Below are positions 63,339 through 64,000 of a DNA stretch of 64,000 nucleotides, piece after piece. How positions within the stretch are numbered: the first letter of the stretch is position 1; every line of letters begins with the position of its first letter. The position numbers were made by a program, and so were the translations under genes. The notes below the pieces were generated by a model, which saw only the letters and a program-made list of their open reading frames with translations, had not been told where the DNA came from and searched no databases. The stretch comes from the human T2T-CHM13v2.0 reference genome, Homo sapiens. The stretch lies in NCBI RefSeq assembly GCF_009914755.1, contig NC_060926.1; one strand, 5' to 3'.

Positions 63339-64000
63339 CTCTCTCTTTATTAGGTCTTCACTTAGCTGCTATAAACCCTTGCCTGGTTTCTAGAGCTCCC
63401 ACAAAGCTATTCTAGTTAGTCTGTTGTTGTCTACTTGACATTAAAAAAAATTATTAAATTAATTTCATTAAATTTGTTGAAAAAGAAATAAAGGGTACAA
63501 TAAGATAATATGATATATATTAGGATTGAGGGGCTTGTCAGAAACCATACCTGACAATTTCAAATGTACCTTTGAAAAACCTAAAATATCCTTAAATTTG
63601 TATATTTAAATGTTGTTTATAAGATTTAAAAAAAATCTTGTTTTTACTACTTAATGTGAAATTCTGGTCCCATTGTTAACATGGCTTATTTTCAGTTGTC
63701 TGGCATTTTTACTCCATGATAGCTTCTTTATGTAGGAACAAGGACCTAGCACTTCCTAGTGTACCATATTATTAATGTCTCTCTCTTAGTACAAATTAGT
63801 TTTGCAAGTATATGTGATCTTGGGAAATGAAAGACCAGTCTCCAAATTAGAGAAGGATAGATACAACTGGCTAACTGGTTTCCATTTTTGTTGAGAGACT
63901 ATCAATAGTGAAGTAAAATTAAAAATGCAAATTCTCTTGGATTGAGAAAAGGTAGAATAATTAGAACTTCCTATTTTTTACAAACTTCAAGAAAAATGAA

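Overview
Primate (most likely human) AT-rich, gene-poor genomic DNA. By eye roughly 70% of it is transposable-element derived, and I find no host protein-coding exon, RNA gene or CpG island I can support. The ORFs in the track are L1, ERV or Alu remnants or chance ORFs. Main contents: (1) a two-LTR HERV-L provirus (27882-37279, TSD CCAGG) with decayed gag-pro-pol-dUTPase, invaded in its RNase H region by a solo THE1 LTR and a complete THE1B-like element; (2) an internally deleted, PBS-less MLT2A1-type HERV-L (52720-55421) inside an L1MA; (3) a much older ERVL relic (from ~6945) hosting a MER11 LTR and a near full-length L1PB1; (4) several more L1s, Alus, MaLR LTRs and small DNA-transposon relics. 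The most unusual signal is not a gene. It is a set of five short locally copied insertions or inversions, two of which appear to share their donor's private variants and which look like template-switch repair scars. A second lead is a THE1B 3' LTR that lost its poly(A) signal upstream of HERV-L integrase/dUTPase. I cannot support a new biological system from sequence alone. Subfamily names come from remembered consensus features and need RepeatMasker/Dfam confirmation.
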